Assembly (NCBI GenBank): GCA_902797875.1
Contig: CADBUL010000010.1
Span: 1-59,261 of the forward strand
Origin: Oscillospiraceae bacterium
GTDB taxonomy: Bacteria; Bacillota; Clostridia; Oscillospirales; Acutalibacteraceae
Length of the DNA: 59,261 nt
Reading direction: 5' to 3'
The notes beneath the pieces are model-generated. The model worked only from the letters and a program-made list of their open reading frames with translations. It was not told where the DNA came from and made no database searches. Shown one piece after another: positions 26,970-36,336 of this stretch; positions within the stretch are counted from its first letter, which is position 1; the number at the start of each line of letters is the position of its first letter. The position numbers and the translations under genes were made by a program.

Positions 26970-28767
26970 CTAATTTAAGCACAGCCATAAACGCCTCTTT
27001 CGACACCTCTACGCTGCCGAGTTGACGCATACGCTTTTTGCCCTCCTTTTGTTTTTCGAGCAGTTTTTTCTTGCGGGTAATATCGCCGCCGTAACATTTG
27101 GCAAGCACGTCCTTGCGCATGGCTTTGACCGTTTCGCGTGCGATTATTTTGCCGCCGACCGCAACCTGAATGGGCACCTCAAACAGCTGGCGTTCGATAT
27201 GTTCTTTAAGCTTTTCGGCTATGCGGCGCGCCTTATTATAGGCGTTGTCGGCGTGGACGATAAAGGAAAGCGCGTCTACGGTATCGCCCGAGAGCATAAC
27301 GTCTAATTTTACAAGACGGCTTTGCTTGTAGCCTTTATGCTCGTAGTCGTAACTCGCATAACCTTTTGTGCGGGATTTAAGGGCGTCGAAAAAGTCGTAA
27401 ACAATTTCGCCTATGGGCATAACATAGTGAATGTCTACGCGGTCGCCCATATACTTGGTGTCGGTGTACTCGCCGCGCCGCTCCTGACAAAGTCCCATAA
27501 TTTCTCCCACGTACTCTTTGGGGCTGAAAATGTGGACGTCGGCAACCGGTTCATAAGACTGCGAAATCACCGCAGGGTCGGGGTAATTTGTGGGGTTGTC
27601 GACAAATACAGTTTGGCCGTTTGTAAGCTCGAATTTATAAATTACGCTCGGGGCGGTGGTGATAATATCGAGGTTGTATTCGCGTTCCAGCCGCTCCTCG
27701 ATAATCTCCATATGCAAAAGTCCCAAAAAGCCGCACCGAAAACCAAAGCCGAGCGCCTTGCTGGTTTCGGGTTCGAACAAAAGCGACGCGTCGTTAAGCT
27801 GAAGTTTTTCCAGCGCCTCTTTAAGGTCGTTGTACCGCGCGCCGTCAGACGGGTAAATGCCGCAAAATACCACCGGGTTTACGGTGCGGTAGCCTTTAAG
27901 CGGCTCGTCGGCGGGTTTGCTTGCCAGCGTTACGGTGTCGCCCACGCGAGCCTCACTCACCGTTTTAATAGAGGCGGCAAGATAACCTACCTCGCCCGCC
28001 GTAAGCTGGTTGCAGGGTTGCATATCGGTTGCGGTTTTCCGGCCGATTTCAACCGTTTGAAATTCGGCGCCGGTCGCCATCATTTTTATAATGTCGCCTG
28101 TTTTTATGGTTCCGCTAACTACACGGAAGAATACTATAACGCCCTTGTACGGGTCGTAGTAAGAATCAAAAATAAGCGCTTTAAGCGGCGCGGCGCGGTC
28201 GCCCTGTGGGGCGGGCAGGTCGGTAACGATTCGTTCAAGCACCTCTTTTATGTTGGTGCCGCATTTTGCCGAAATAAGCGGCGCGTCCTGTGCGGGGATG
28301 CCTATAACGTCCTCGATTTCGTCCTTTACCCGCTGCGGGTCGGCAGAGGGAAGATCGATTTTGTTGATTACCGGAAGAAGTTCCAGATCATTGTCAACCG
28401 CAAGGTATGTGTTGGCAAGGGTTTGAGCTTCAATCCCCTGCGAAGCGTCGACAACGAGCACCGCGCCCTCGCAAGCGGCGAGCGAGCGCGAAACCTCGTA
28501 GTTAAAGTCGACGTGCCCGGGGGTGTCGATAAGGTTGAGTTCGTACGTTTCGCCGTCGGCGGCGGTGTAATAAAGGGTTATGGCGTGCGCCTTTATGGTT
28601 ATACCGCGTTCGCGTTCAAGGTCCATACTGTCGAGTATCTGATCTTCCATATCTCTTTTATTGACCGAGTCGGTCAGTTCCAGCATACGGTCGGCTAAGG
28701 TCGACTTGCCGTGGTCGATATGGGCGATTATACAAAAGTTGCGGATATTTTTAAGTTCAAAAGACAC
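26962..28767 (-). CDS. lepA: Translation elongation factor 4 (LepA)
   Basis: [23 protein letters not shown]...[10 protein letters not shown] is the GTPase region, and the LepA-specific C-terminal domain is present. It is 601 aa. Confidence 0.97.
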   Translation of the reverse strand: MSFELKNIRNFCIIAHIDHGKSTLADRMLELTDSVNKRDMEDQILDSMDLERERGITIKAHAITLYYTAADGETYELNLIDTPGHVDFNYEVSRSLAACEGAVLVVDASQGIEAQTLANTYLAVDNDLELLPVINKIDLPSADPQRVKDEIEDVIGIPAQDAPLISAKCGTNIKEVLERIVTDLPAPQGDRAAPLKALIFDSYYDPYKGVIVFFRVVSGTIKTGDIIKMMATGAEFQTVEIGRKTATDMQPCNQLTAGEVGYLAASIKTVSEARVGDTVTLASKPADEPLKGYRTVNPVVFCGIYPSDGARYNDLKEALEKLQLNDASLLFEPETSKALGFGFRCGFLGLLHMEIIEERLEREYNLDIITTAPSVIYKFELTNGQTVFVDNPTNYPDPAVISQSYEPVADVHIFSPKEYVGEIMGLCQERRGEYTDTKYMGDRVDIHYVMPIGEIVYDFFDALKSRTKGYASYDYEHKGYKQSRLVKLDVMLSGDTVDALSFIVHADNAYNKARRIAEKLKEHIERQLFEVPIQVAVGGKIIARETVKAMRKDVLAKCYGGDITRKKKLLEKQKEGKKRMRQLGSVEVSKEAFMAVLKLDE

Positions 28768-28876
28768 CTGTTAATTCTCCTAACGCAAATTTACACTTTA
28801 TTATATAATACAAATAAGGTTTTATCAAGAAAAATAAACCGAAAGCCGGCATTTTGCAAACTTTCGGTTTTAATAT

Positions 28877-29686
28877 TTATTCTTTTGGGGCGGTGTCGCC
28901 GCCGGCTTCTTCAACATAGGGTTCAAAAGGCGGAATGCCGAAGTGCTCGCGCAAGGTCGCGTCGTCAAACTTGTCGTCAACCTTGCGGCAGATGGCGATG
29001 GGGGTTTGTTGGTCGGACTGGTCAAGCGGGTTGTCGCCAAACAGCTCGCGCGCCATTGAAAGGGTGATTTCTTCGGTCGACGAGCCAAGCACCTCAAGTC
29101 CGATATCGTTAGCGTCAAGCATTATTACGTAACATCCCGTATGCTCGGCAAGTTCTTTGCAAACCTTATCGGGATTAAGAGGCGCCTTTTTGGCGTACTT
29201 GTTATATGGGGGTATAACGTAATCGCCGGGGCCGTCAATAGAACGGGCTTTAGGGCCTACAACGTTATAGAAAACGCCTTTTATACCGAACGGTTTGGTA
29301 AACGCGGCGCAAATACAACCTAAAAAGATACGGAAAAATCCGATGTCTTCAAGGGCTAATTGCATGGTATATTTACTGCCCAGCCCAATGCCGTAGGGCG
29401 ATTTGGTAACAAACTTTACCAAAAATTTTGCCAGCCACGAAACCTTTATTTGGTCTATCGGGTAGGCGCGGCCCTGACTGATGGCGACCATCTTTTCACT
29501 TAAAAAGATGCCGTCGCCCTCTTGCAGGTAGGGTTTTACGTATTTATCCATTATTTCGCAAAGATCATCACCCGATTTTACAACGTGGGTACGAACGGGG
29601 AAACGTGCGAATTTACCAAAACTTGTTTCTTTAATAAGGTATTTGCCGCGGTTGGGTTTAAGCGCCGACATATCGGGTGTTGACAT
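28877..29686 (-). CDS. F420-0:gamma-glutamyl ligase (CofE)-like family protein (start trimmed to ATG 29686)
   Basis: FPVRTHVVKSGDDLCEIMDKYVKPYLQEGDGIFLSEKMVAISQGRAY...IMLDANDIG follows the CofE-like fold pattern. AAAGGA RBS precedes the chosen ATG. Confidence 0.65.
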   Translation of the reverse strand: MSTPDMSALKPNRGKYLIKETSFGKFARFPVRTHVVKSGDDLCEIMDKYVKPYLQEGDGIFLSEKMVAISQGRAYPIDQIKVSWLAKFLVKFVTKSPYGIGLGSKYTMQLALEDIGFFRIFLGCICAAFTKPFGIKGVFYNVVGPKARSIDGPGDYVIPPYNKYAKKAPLNPDKVCKELAEHTGCYVIMLDANDIGLEVLGSSTEEITLSMARELFGDNPLDQSDQQTPIAICRKVDDKFDDATLREHFGIPPFEPYVEEAGGDTAPKE

Positions 29687-29843
29687 TTTTATCATCCTTT
29701 TACAAATGAAAGTTATTACCGCAAATGCGGTTATCTTATGTATTATAAACCTTATTTTTGCAAAATGCAATTATTTATATTGAGAAATTTTTGATTAAAA
29801 GGTATAATGGGTGTGTAAATATTTCGGAAAGGGGGCTGTCTTT

Positions 29844-31085
29844 ATGAAAATTACCTTTTATACGCTTGGCTGCAAGGTAAATCAGTATGAAAGCCAAAGC
29901 CTTAAAGAAGAACTGTTAAACTGCGGTATAAGTGAAAACGCCCCGGATATAATCGTTATAAATTCCTGCACGGTCACCGCCGAAAGCGACCGTAAAACAA
30001 GACAGACCGTAAACAGGGCAAGAAAAGAGAATCCGAACGCCGTAATTGTGCTTACCGGTTGTATGGCGCAAACCGCCCCGAAAGACGCGGCAAAACTACC
30101 CTGCGATATTGTGCTGGGCAACACCGCAAACCGAAACCTCCCCCTTGCGATATCGAAATTTCTGCAAAGCAAAAACAAGGTTTTTGAGGTTGATAAACAT
30201 ACGGCGGGCGAGGTTTACTCTACCCTTCCCGTTAAAAGCGGGGGCGAGCGCACAAGAGCGTATATGAAAATCGAGGACGGCTGTAACCGCGGCTGCACCT
30301 ATTGTATTATACCCAAAGCGCGAGGCCGCGTACGTTCGCGCGAGCTTTCACAGATTGAACAAGAAGCCAAAGATCTGGCGGCGGCGGGATACAGCGAAAT
30401 TGTCCTTGTGGGCATCAACCTTTCATCTTATGAGTACGGGCTGCAAAACGCCGTAAAGGCGGCGGCGCAGGAGGGTATTAAAAGGGTGCGGCTTGGTTCC
30501 CTTGAACCCGATCTTACCACGCCGCAGCTTGTTAAAGAGCTTGTAAAAATACCGCAGTTTTGCCCCCAGTTTCACCTGGCGTTACAGTCGGGCTGCGATA
30601 AAACCCTAAAGGCCATGAACCGCCTTTATGACACCGAATATTATCTAAACCTTGTAAACCATATTAAAGAAATCTGCCCCGAAGCCCGCTTTACTACCGA
30701 TATTATGGTCGGTTTCAGCGGTGAGAGCAAACAGGATTTTGAGCAAAGCGTAGAGTTTTGTAAAAAGGTTGGTTTTCTTAAAATGCATGTCTTCCCCTAC
30801 TCCGAGCGGCCGGGCACATTTGCCGCTTCTTTTTCAAATAAGGTGCAAAAGAAGGAGAAAGAGCACCGCGCCGCAATAATGCGAGAGGCGGGCGATATTA
30901 TGACCGCCGAAATTTTGAAAACCTATTTAGGCAAGACGGTGCAGGTGCTTGTCGAAAGCGACAGCGGCGGACACACAGCCGATTATGTTTTTGTGCGTTT
31001 GCAAGGCGAAAACCTTGCCGCAGGGCAAATGGTGAACGCTACGGTTACGGGTATTGAAAACGGCGAGTTGATTGCCGAAACATAA
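29844..31085 (+). CDS. mtaB: tRNA (t6A37) methylthiotransferase MtaB-like (MiaB family radical SAM)
   Basis: MKITFYTLGCKVNQYESQ forms the UPF0004 domain, and GCNRGCTYCIIP is the radical SAM cluster. A C-terminal TRAM-like region is present. Confidence 0.88.
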   Translation: MKITFYTLGCKVNQYESQSLKEELLNCGISENAPDIIVINSCTVTAESDRKTRQTVNRARKENPNAVIVLTGCMAQTAPKDAAKLPCDIVLGNTANRNLPLAISKFLQSKNKVFEVDKHTAGEVYSTLPVKSGGERTRAYMKIEDGCNRGCTYCIIPKARGRVRSRELSQIEQEAKDLAAAGYSEIVLVGINLSSYEYGLQNAVKAAAQEGIKRVRLGSLEPDLTTPQLVKELVKIPQFCPQFHLALQSGCDKTLKAMNRLYDTEYYLNLVNHIKEICPEARFTTDIMVGFSGESKQDFEQSVEFCKKVGFLKMHVFPYSERPGTFAASFSNKVQKKEKEHRAAIMREAGDIMTAEILKTYLGKTVQVLVESDSGGHTADYVFVRLQGENLAAGQMVNATVTGIENGELIAET

Positions 31086-31097
31086 CACAAAAAATTA

Positions 31098-31127
31098 AAC
31101 CTCGGGATTCCCCGAGGTTTTTATTTT
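31098..31127. terminator. Bidirectional terminator between mtaB and the convergent TIM-barrel gene
   Basis: aacctcggg (31098-31106) pairs with cccgaggtt (31111-31119), followed by tttattttatt. An A-run lies upstream. Confidence 0.75.
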
Positions 31128-31128
31128 A

Positions 31129-31902
31129 TTAAACCATTTTTAACATTTTATTGTAACAATCAATGATTTGTTTTTGGTTTTGGTAGGCGTTTTTGTAGAC
31201 TTCAATAATACAGTTTTGATCGTACCCGAAAGATTTTAACAGGGTGAAAAACCCCGCGAAATCAAAACCGCCGTCAAAAGGCAAAAGACAGTCGCTGTTA
31301 ATATCGCTATCGGAAATATGTACGTGTTTTATATGTTTGCCCATGCTTTTTGCCATATCAAAAACCTGCACGCCAGCCCGCAGGCACTGTTTAATATCGA
31401 GTGTAAACGCGGCGCTCTCTCCCAAATACTCACACATATCCTTTATAAATTCACAGTCTTGCGAAGCATAAGCGCGGACGTTCTCCTGGCACAGCGTAAC
31501 GCCAAAACCCGCCGCTTCATCAGATAAAGTTTTGAAGCGGTCGCAATAAAACTGCGGGTCGACGCTCGGGTGTTTGCTGCCGTGAATTGACAGCACCTTT
31601 GCGCCAAGCTCTTTAGCGGCGGCGAACATTTTATTGTACAGCTTTATGCCGTCATAAAAGCGGCGCTCGTACTCCGAAAACAACAGGGTGGTTTCGTACG
31701 CGCATGCAAAAGAGTGCACCGCGACAATATTTGCTTTGTACCGCTCTTTTATTTTTTGCAAATCGTAAACAAAACCGTCGGCTGTTTCGCAGTCGGTATT
31801 AAAAAATATTTCTATGTTCTTTACCCCGTTTTGGCACAAAAACGTCAGGGCGTCTTCGGTGTACTGTGGGTACAGACAAGAGGTTGAAACGCCTATTTCC
31901 AT
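31129..31902 (-). CDS. Sugar phosphate isomerase/epimerase (xylose-isomerase-like TIM barrel) family protein
   Basis: 257 aa. The pattern of spaced H/E/D residues (VAVHS, SIHG, CQEN, HVHISD) is typical of AP_endonuc_2 / TIM-barrel proteins. Confidence 0.6.
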   Translation of the reverse strand: MEIGVSTSCLYPQYTEDALTFLCQNGVKNIEIFFNTDCETADGFVYDLQKIKERYKANIVAVHSFACAYETTLLFSEYERRFYDGIKLYNKMFAAAKELGAKVLSIHGSKHPSVDPQFYCDRFKTLSDEAAGFGVTLCQENVRAYASQDCEFIKDMCEYLGESAAFTLDIKQCLRAGVQVFDMAKSMGKHIKHVHISDSDINSDCLLPFDGGFDFAGFFTLLKSFGYDQNCIIEVYKNAYQNQKQIIDCYNKMLKMV

Positions 31903-32043
31903 AAATCTCTCCGCAAATTAAGTGTATTATGATATTAGTATAATATTTTTGTTTGCTTTCGTCAATTTATTTATAAATATTCGCCCAAAATACGACCGTT
32001 TTTGCGCGTCTTGTGAAATATACTTAATTTCGGAGGGAGCCCT

Positions 32044-32874
32044 ATGACCGTTTACGCCGATATGCTTGTCGGAACCAATATTTTAATTAACTGCTTTTTA
32101 CTGCTTATTACCGCCAAAATTACCCGCTGCGCATATAAATGGTACCGCGTTGTAATTGCGGCGGCGGCGGGGGGCTTTGGGTGTCTTTACATATTTTTAC
32201 CGCCGCTTTTTGCGGCGGCGGATTTTATTATAAAAGCGGTTGGGTGCATAGGTATTGTACTTTTGGCGTTTTCTTGCAAAACCTTCAAAAACGCAGTTTT
32301 CGGGTGCGCCGTGTTTTTGGGGGTAAACGCCGCATTCTGCGGTCTGACACTTTTATGTATAAATATTTTTAACATCAAAGCCGCGGTAATATCGGGTACC
32401 GTATATTACGATATTTCGCCCGCTGTTTTGCTGATAGGCTCGGCGGTTTGTTACGGCGCAATCACGGTACTGTGGCGGCTGTTCCGCCCCGACGGCGCCG
32501 ATTGCCAAAAAAAGAAAACCACCCTGTGTTACGGTAAAAAAAGCGAGGATGTAAGGCTTCTTATCGACAGCGGAAACCGTCTTAAAGACACAACAAGCGA
32601 CCACCCTGTAATCGTGATATCCAAAGAAAAAGCCAAAAGTATAACCGGTTTCGATTTAGAGGGCGTTACGGTACCGCCAAAAGAACTGCGCGGTTTTAGG
32701 CTTGTACCCTATTATACCGTATCGGGGCACGGGCTGCTGCCTGCCTTTATATGTGAAAAAGCATATATAGATGATATAGACCGCGGCTGTGTAATCGCCG
32801 CCGTATCGGGCGGAAAATTCGGCGACGATTTTGACGGCATAGCTCCGCCCGAAATACTTGAAACGAGGGTTTGA
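32044..32874 (+). CDS. spoIIGA: Sigma-E processing peptidase SpoIIGA
   Basis: Multiple N-terminal TM helices begin at VYADMLVGTNILINCFLLL. The aspartic protease motif is LIDSGNRLKD. It lies immediately upstream of sigE. Confidence 0.88.
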   Translation: MTVYADMLVGTNILINCFLLLITAKITRCAYKWYRVVIAAAAGGFGCLYIFLPPLFAAADFIIKAVGCIGIVLLAFSCKTFKNAVFGCAVFLGVNAAFCGLTLLCINIFNIKAAVISGTVYYDISPAVLLIGSAVCYGAITVLWRLFRPDGADCQKKKTTLCYGKKSEDVRLLIDSGNRLKDTTSDHPVIVISKEKAKSITGFDLEGVTVPPKELRGFRLVPYYTVSGHGLLPAFICEKAYIDDIDRGCVIAAVSGGKFGDDFDGIAPPEILETRV

Positions 32875-32876
32875 AT

Positions 32877-33575
32877 ATGAAAATTATAGATTATATAAAA
32901 AATCTGTTTTACCGCCTTTTTGCACGGCCGGTACATTATATTTCATCGGGCGAGGACCTGCCGCCGCCGCTGTCCCCCGAAAAGGAGCAGGAACTTTTTG
33001 CCCGCCTTGACAGCGAACCCGATACGGTGCGTTCGCTTTTGGTGGTACATAATTTGCGTCTTGTAGTGTATATAGCCAAAAAGTTTGAGCAAAAGGGGGT
33101 CGGTATCGATGATCTTACCTCGATAGGTACCGTCGGGCTGATTAAGGCGGTAAACACATTTTGTCCGCAAAAAAACATAAAGCTTGCAACCTACGCCTCG
33201 CGTTGTATTGAAAACGAGATATTGATGTATCTTCGTAAAGTCGGCAATCGCAAAATCGAGGTCAGTTTAGACGAACCGCTAAGCACCGACTATGACGGCA
33301 ACGAGCTGCTTCTTTCGGACGTGCTGGGTTCCGAGCCCGACCTTGCCTATAAGGACCTTGAAGAGGGTGAAGAAATGCGCGAGATTATAAAAATGGTCGC
33401 GGCGCTTCCCTTACGCGAACGCGAAATAATGTCGATGCGCTTCGGGTTGTTTGGCTACACCGCCAAAACGCAAAAGGAAATAGCAGGTGAGCTGGGTATT
33501 TCGCAGTCTTATATTTCAAGACTTGAAAAACGAATAATATCTAAACTTAAAAAGGGGCTTGAAGCCTTAGTGTGA
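32877..33575 (+). CDS. sigE: Sporulation sigma factor SigE (pro-sigma-E)
   Basis: The pro-sequence is MKIIDYIKNLFYRLF.... YISSGEDLPPPLSPEKEQELF, region 2 (VVHNLRLVVYIAKKF) and region 4 (EIAGELGISQSYISRLEKR) follow. The ATG at 32877 has GAGGGT 6 nt upstream; the ORF-track TTG at 32871 is less likely. Confidence 0.9.
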   Translation: MKIIDYIKNLFYRLFARPVHYISSGEDLPPPLSPEKEQELFARLDSEPDTVRSLLVVHNLRLVVYIAKKFEQKGVGIDDLTSIGTVGLIKAVNTFCPQKNIKLATYASRCIENEILMYLRKVGNRKIEVSLDEPLSTDYDGNELLLSDVLGSEPDLAYKDLEEGEEMREIIKMVAALPLREREIMSMRFGLFGYTAKTQKEIAGELGISQSYISRLEKRIISKLKKGLEALV

Positions 33576-34640
33576 ACGGCGGTTTATTTTATGCACCTCG
33601 TCTATAAGCGTCCTTATATCGGTTATACCGTTAAAAACCGACGGGCTTACCCTCACCGCGCCAACCTGCAGCGTACCGCACCTTTTGTGAGCGAGCGGGG
33701 CGCAGTGCAGTCCCCCTCTTACGGCGATGCCGCGACGATTTAATTGTTCCGCCGCCTCTTCGCTGTGCAGACCGCCAAGGTTAAATGATACTATCGGGGC
33801 GGTTTTGTTTATTTTGGGGTATTCGCTTATGACGTTAATGTTTTTCATATTTTTAAGCGCGTCGTACAATATTTGACAAAGAGCCGTTTCGTGTGCGTAG
33901 ATTTCTTTGCCCGAAATAAAGTCGATGCCCGCCCCCGTACCTGCTATGCTAAAGGTATTTAAGGTGCCGCTTTCTAACATATCGGGCAAAAAATCGGGTT
34001 GTGAATAACCTGCCGAAAAACTTCCGGTGCCGCCCTGAATAAGACTGCTTTTCGGCGGTTTTTTGCAAATAAGCATACCGCTTCCCACCGGCGCGTAAAG
34101 CCCCTTATGAGAAGCGACGCAAACATAGTCGCAAAGCGAGGCGTCGATGGTTTCAAGCCCTGCCATCTGCGCCGCGTCGAGTATAAAAACAAGGCCGTGT
34201 TTGCGGCAAAAGTCGGACATCTCTTTAATATTGTAGGCGTGGGCCGTAAGGTTCGAGGCGGCGGTGCAAACAAGCGCCGTAGTATCTTTTTGCAAAACCT
34301 CTTTCGGGTGATTATCGAATATCGAATAATTACCCCTCAAATGCAGAGGGCGAAGCACCGAGTTGTGCTCTAACGGGGAGCAAATTATATGACCGCTTTG
34401 CGCTTTTATGGCGGTGTTGAGCGCTTCGGTGCAGTTTTTTTGAAAACACACCTGTTCGCTTTCACAGTTAAACAGCCGCGCCGCCTTTTCTCTTGTACGG
34501 TAGACCATATCCGCCGCTTTAAGCGAAAGACGGTGTCCCCCTCTGCCCGGGCTTGAGCCGTAAAGAGCCGCCCTTACGCCCTCTTTAATTACGCTTTGGG
34601 GTTTCGGGTAGGTCGTGGCGGCGTTGTCGAGGTATATCAC
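33567..34640 (-). CDS. Cysteine desulfurase-family class V aminotransferase (start trimmed to GTG 34640)
   Basis: VIYLDNAATTYPKP, the PLP lysine in SHKGLYAP, and RGGLHCAPLAH are present. AGGTGG RBS lies inside the end of the upstream gene. The longer ORF would overlap the DUF3343-like gene. Confidence 0.85.
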   Translation of the reverse strand: MIYLDNAATTYPKPQSVIKEGVRAALYGSSPGRGGHRLSLKAADMVYRTREKAARLFNCESEQVCFQKNCTEALNTAIKAQSGHIICSPLEHNSVLRPLHLRGNYSIFDNHPKEVLQKDTTALVCTAASNLTAHAYNIKEMSDFCRKHGLVFILDAAQMAGLETIDASLCDYVCVASHKGLYAPVGSGMLICKKPPKSSLIQGGTGSFSAGYSQPDFLPDMLESGTLNTFSIAGTGAGIDFISGKEIYAHETALCQILYDALKNMKNINVISEYPKINKTAPIVSFNLGGLHSEEAAEQLNRRGIAVRGGLHCAPLAHKRCGTLQVGAVRVSPSVFNGITDIRTLIDEVHKINRRSH

Positions 34641-34642
34641 GG

Positions 34643-34834
34643 TTATTCCACCTTTATAATATCTAAAACTTTTATGCCGTGCGAATACAAAACGTTCTGC
34701 GCGCCCTCGACGCTTAAAATACCGTATCCGCAACCGTATTTTTTATTATCGTAAGCACGCAGTATTTTGGTTTTATAGCCGGCTTTTTGCAATATTCTTT
34801 GCGCTTTTTGGGTATAGGTTATAGAGCCTATCAT
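34643..34834 (-). CDS. DUF3343-like small protein (putative S/Se carrier partner)
   Basis: MIGSITYTQKAQRILQKAGYKTKILR...GCGYGILS matches the small-protein family that commonly precedes this desulfurase type in Clostridia. The start codon is uncertain (34834 or 34861). Confidence 0.6.
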   Translation of the reverse strand: MIGSITYTQKAQRILQKAGYKTKILRAYDNKKYGCGYGILSVEGAQNVLYSHGIKVLDIIKVE

Positions 34835-34999
34835 GATTTTTATGCCTTTAATATTAACCACCTCCGAAGTTTGTGGCTATAACCCATAATATGTAAAAGG
34901 GCGCGATTTGGTAAAAAAACTTGCAAGAAAATAAAAATTGTTATATAATACTTAAAAATAACCAAAAAGCCTTTTAGGTTTATATAACAGGAGATAATT

Positions 35000-35860
35000 A
35001 TGGCACGAGTCATAAGTTTAAAATTTAGGGACGGCGGCAGAGAATACTATTTTGACGCTTCGGATAAAATCTACCGCGAGGGCGAGATCGTAGTGGTAGA
35101 TACCGCCCTTGGTACCGAGTGCGGCACCGTAACAAAGGCGTCGCACACCATAAGCGACGACCAGATTGTAAAACCGCTTAAAAAGGTTATTCGCCGCGCC
35201 GACCAAAACGACCTTAAAAAATTGGAGCAAAACCGTAAAAAGGCCGCTGCCGCCTTTGAAACCTGCGAGCAAAAAATTGAAAAATACGGTCTTGATATGA
35301 AACTTGTAGACGTAGAGGTCGCCTTTGAAACCGGCAAAATGACCTTTACCTTTACCTCGGACGGCCGTGTGGATTTTCGCGAGCTTGTAAAAGATCTGGC
35401 TTCGACCTTCCACGCCAGGATTGAACTTCGTCAAATCGGCGTTCGCGATGAGGCGAGGATGCTGGGCGGTCTGGGAATATGCGGCCAACCCTTTTGCTGC
35501 GCGCGGTTTTTGGACGATTTTCAACCGGTGTCTATAAAAATGGCGAAAGAGCAGGGCTTATCGCTTAACCCGACCAAAATATCGGGCAGCTGCGGACGGC
35601 TTATGTGCTGCCTGAAATATGAGCAGGACGCCTACGTTTATCTTAACAAGCGCACCCCGAAGGTCGGCTCTACCGTATCCACCCCCGAAGGCGTGGGTGT
35701 AGTAACCGACGTAAATCTTTTGCGCGGTATACTTACGGTGCAAATCAACGATTCGCTGCCGGTTAAGGTAAACAAAGACGAGGTTACCCTTATTAAACCG
35801 CCGCCTAAAAACAAGAACAAAAAAGCCGAGGAAGAAATCCCCGACGAATTAAATCAATAG
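35000..35860 (+). CDS. ricT: PSP1-domain protein RicT/YaaT (stage 0 sporulation / RNase Y regulator complex)
   Basis: VISLKFRDGGREYYFDA...GEIVVVDTALGTECGTV is the PSP1 region, and the Cys cluster is CGQPFCCARFL...SGSCGRLMCCLKYE. Confidence 0.88.
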   Translation: MARVISLKFRDGGREYYFDASDKIYREGEIVVVDTALGTECGTVTKASHTISDDQIVKPLKKVIRRADQNDLKKLEQNRKKAAAAFETCEQKIEKYGLDMKLVDVEVAFETGKMTFTFTSDGRVDFRELVKDLASTFHARIELRQIGVRDEARMLGGLGICGQPFCCARFLDDFQPVSIKMAKEQGLSLNPTKISGSCGRLMCCLKYEQDAYVYLNKRTPKVGSTVSTPEGVGVVTDVNLLRGILTVQINDSLPVKVNKDEVTLIKPPPKNKNKKAEEEIPDELNQ

Positions 35861-35870
35861 TAAAATATTT

Positions 35871-35906
35871 AAGGTTTGCAGAAAAATTTCCGCAAACCTT
35901 TTTTAT
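35871..35906 (+). terminator. Terminator after ricT, left boundary of phage-like cluster
   Basis: aaggtttgc (35871-35879) pairs with gcaaacctt (35892-35900), followed by tttttat. Confidence 0.65.
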
Positions 35907-36097
35907 TTGCGAAAATTTTGCAACAATGCTTAGAAAAATCAAATAAAATCCGCAAGAAATTTTTGTCGTTTCGCGGTATTGCCGTAACACACCCCCGAAA
36001 AAACACGGTAAATACCCGGGACGATTTTTTGTTTTTTGGGCAGTATGATTAGTGTGTACCCAAGATTACAATCCTCAAGCAAAAAAGGAGTATAAAA

Positions 36098-36334
36098 ATG
36101 CCCAAACGCAAAAGTATAAAACAATGCCTGCAAACCATATTAAACGGCACGGCGCTTAGCCAAGACAACAAAACCAGCGGCAGTATGGAAATTGCCAAAG
36201 GTCTGTTTGCCGCCGCCAAACAGGGAAGCGTCCCCGCGATTAAAGCGCTTTTAGAAATTACCGAAAGCGACGAGGACGACAACGGCGCGGCGCTTTCAAG
36301 GTTGTACAAGGCGCTGGATGAAAAAGAAGACTGA
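36098..36334 (+). CDS. Short (78 aa) small-terminase-like protein
   Basis: It sits immediately upstream of terL and has an AAGGAG RBS. The segment AAKQGSVPAIKALLEITE resembles the helical motif seen in many TerS proteins. It is far shorter than typical TerS (about 130-180 aa), and I see no HTH. Confidence 0.35.
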   Translation: MPKRKSIKQCLQTILNGTALSQDNKTSGSMEIAKGLFAAAKQGSVPAIKALLEITESDEDDNGAALSRLYKALDEKED

Positions 36335-36336
36335 AA

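Noticed and set aside
27322-28698. 458-aa plus-strand ORF, plus several other long ORFs such as 4400-5386, 14111-14560, 35018-35524, 39019-39537, 46608-47096 and 57711-58226.
   Set aside because: Each lies antisense to, and entirely within, a confidently identified gene (lepA, rplB/rpsS, mgtE, ricT, capsid candidate, amidase, murD). The translations are low-complexity (R/G/V/F-rich) with no recognisable motifs or RBS. They are typical shadow ORFs.
31903-32043. Spo0A boxes and the unusual 22-bp-spaced promoter expected upstream of spoIIGA.
   Set aside because: Only imperfect matches are present (ttcgtca against TTCGACA, and TATACT as a -10 candidate). They are too degenerate to call from sequence alone.
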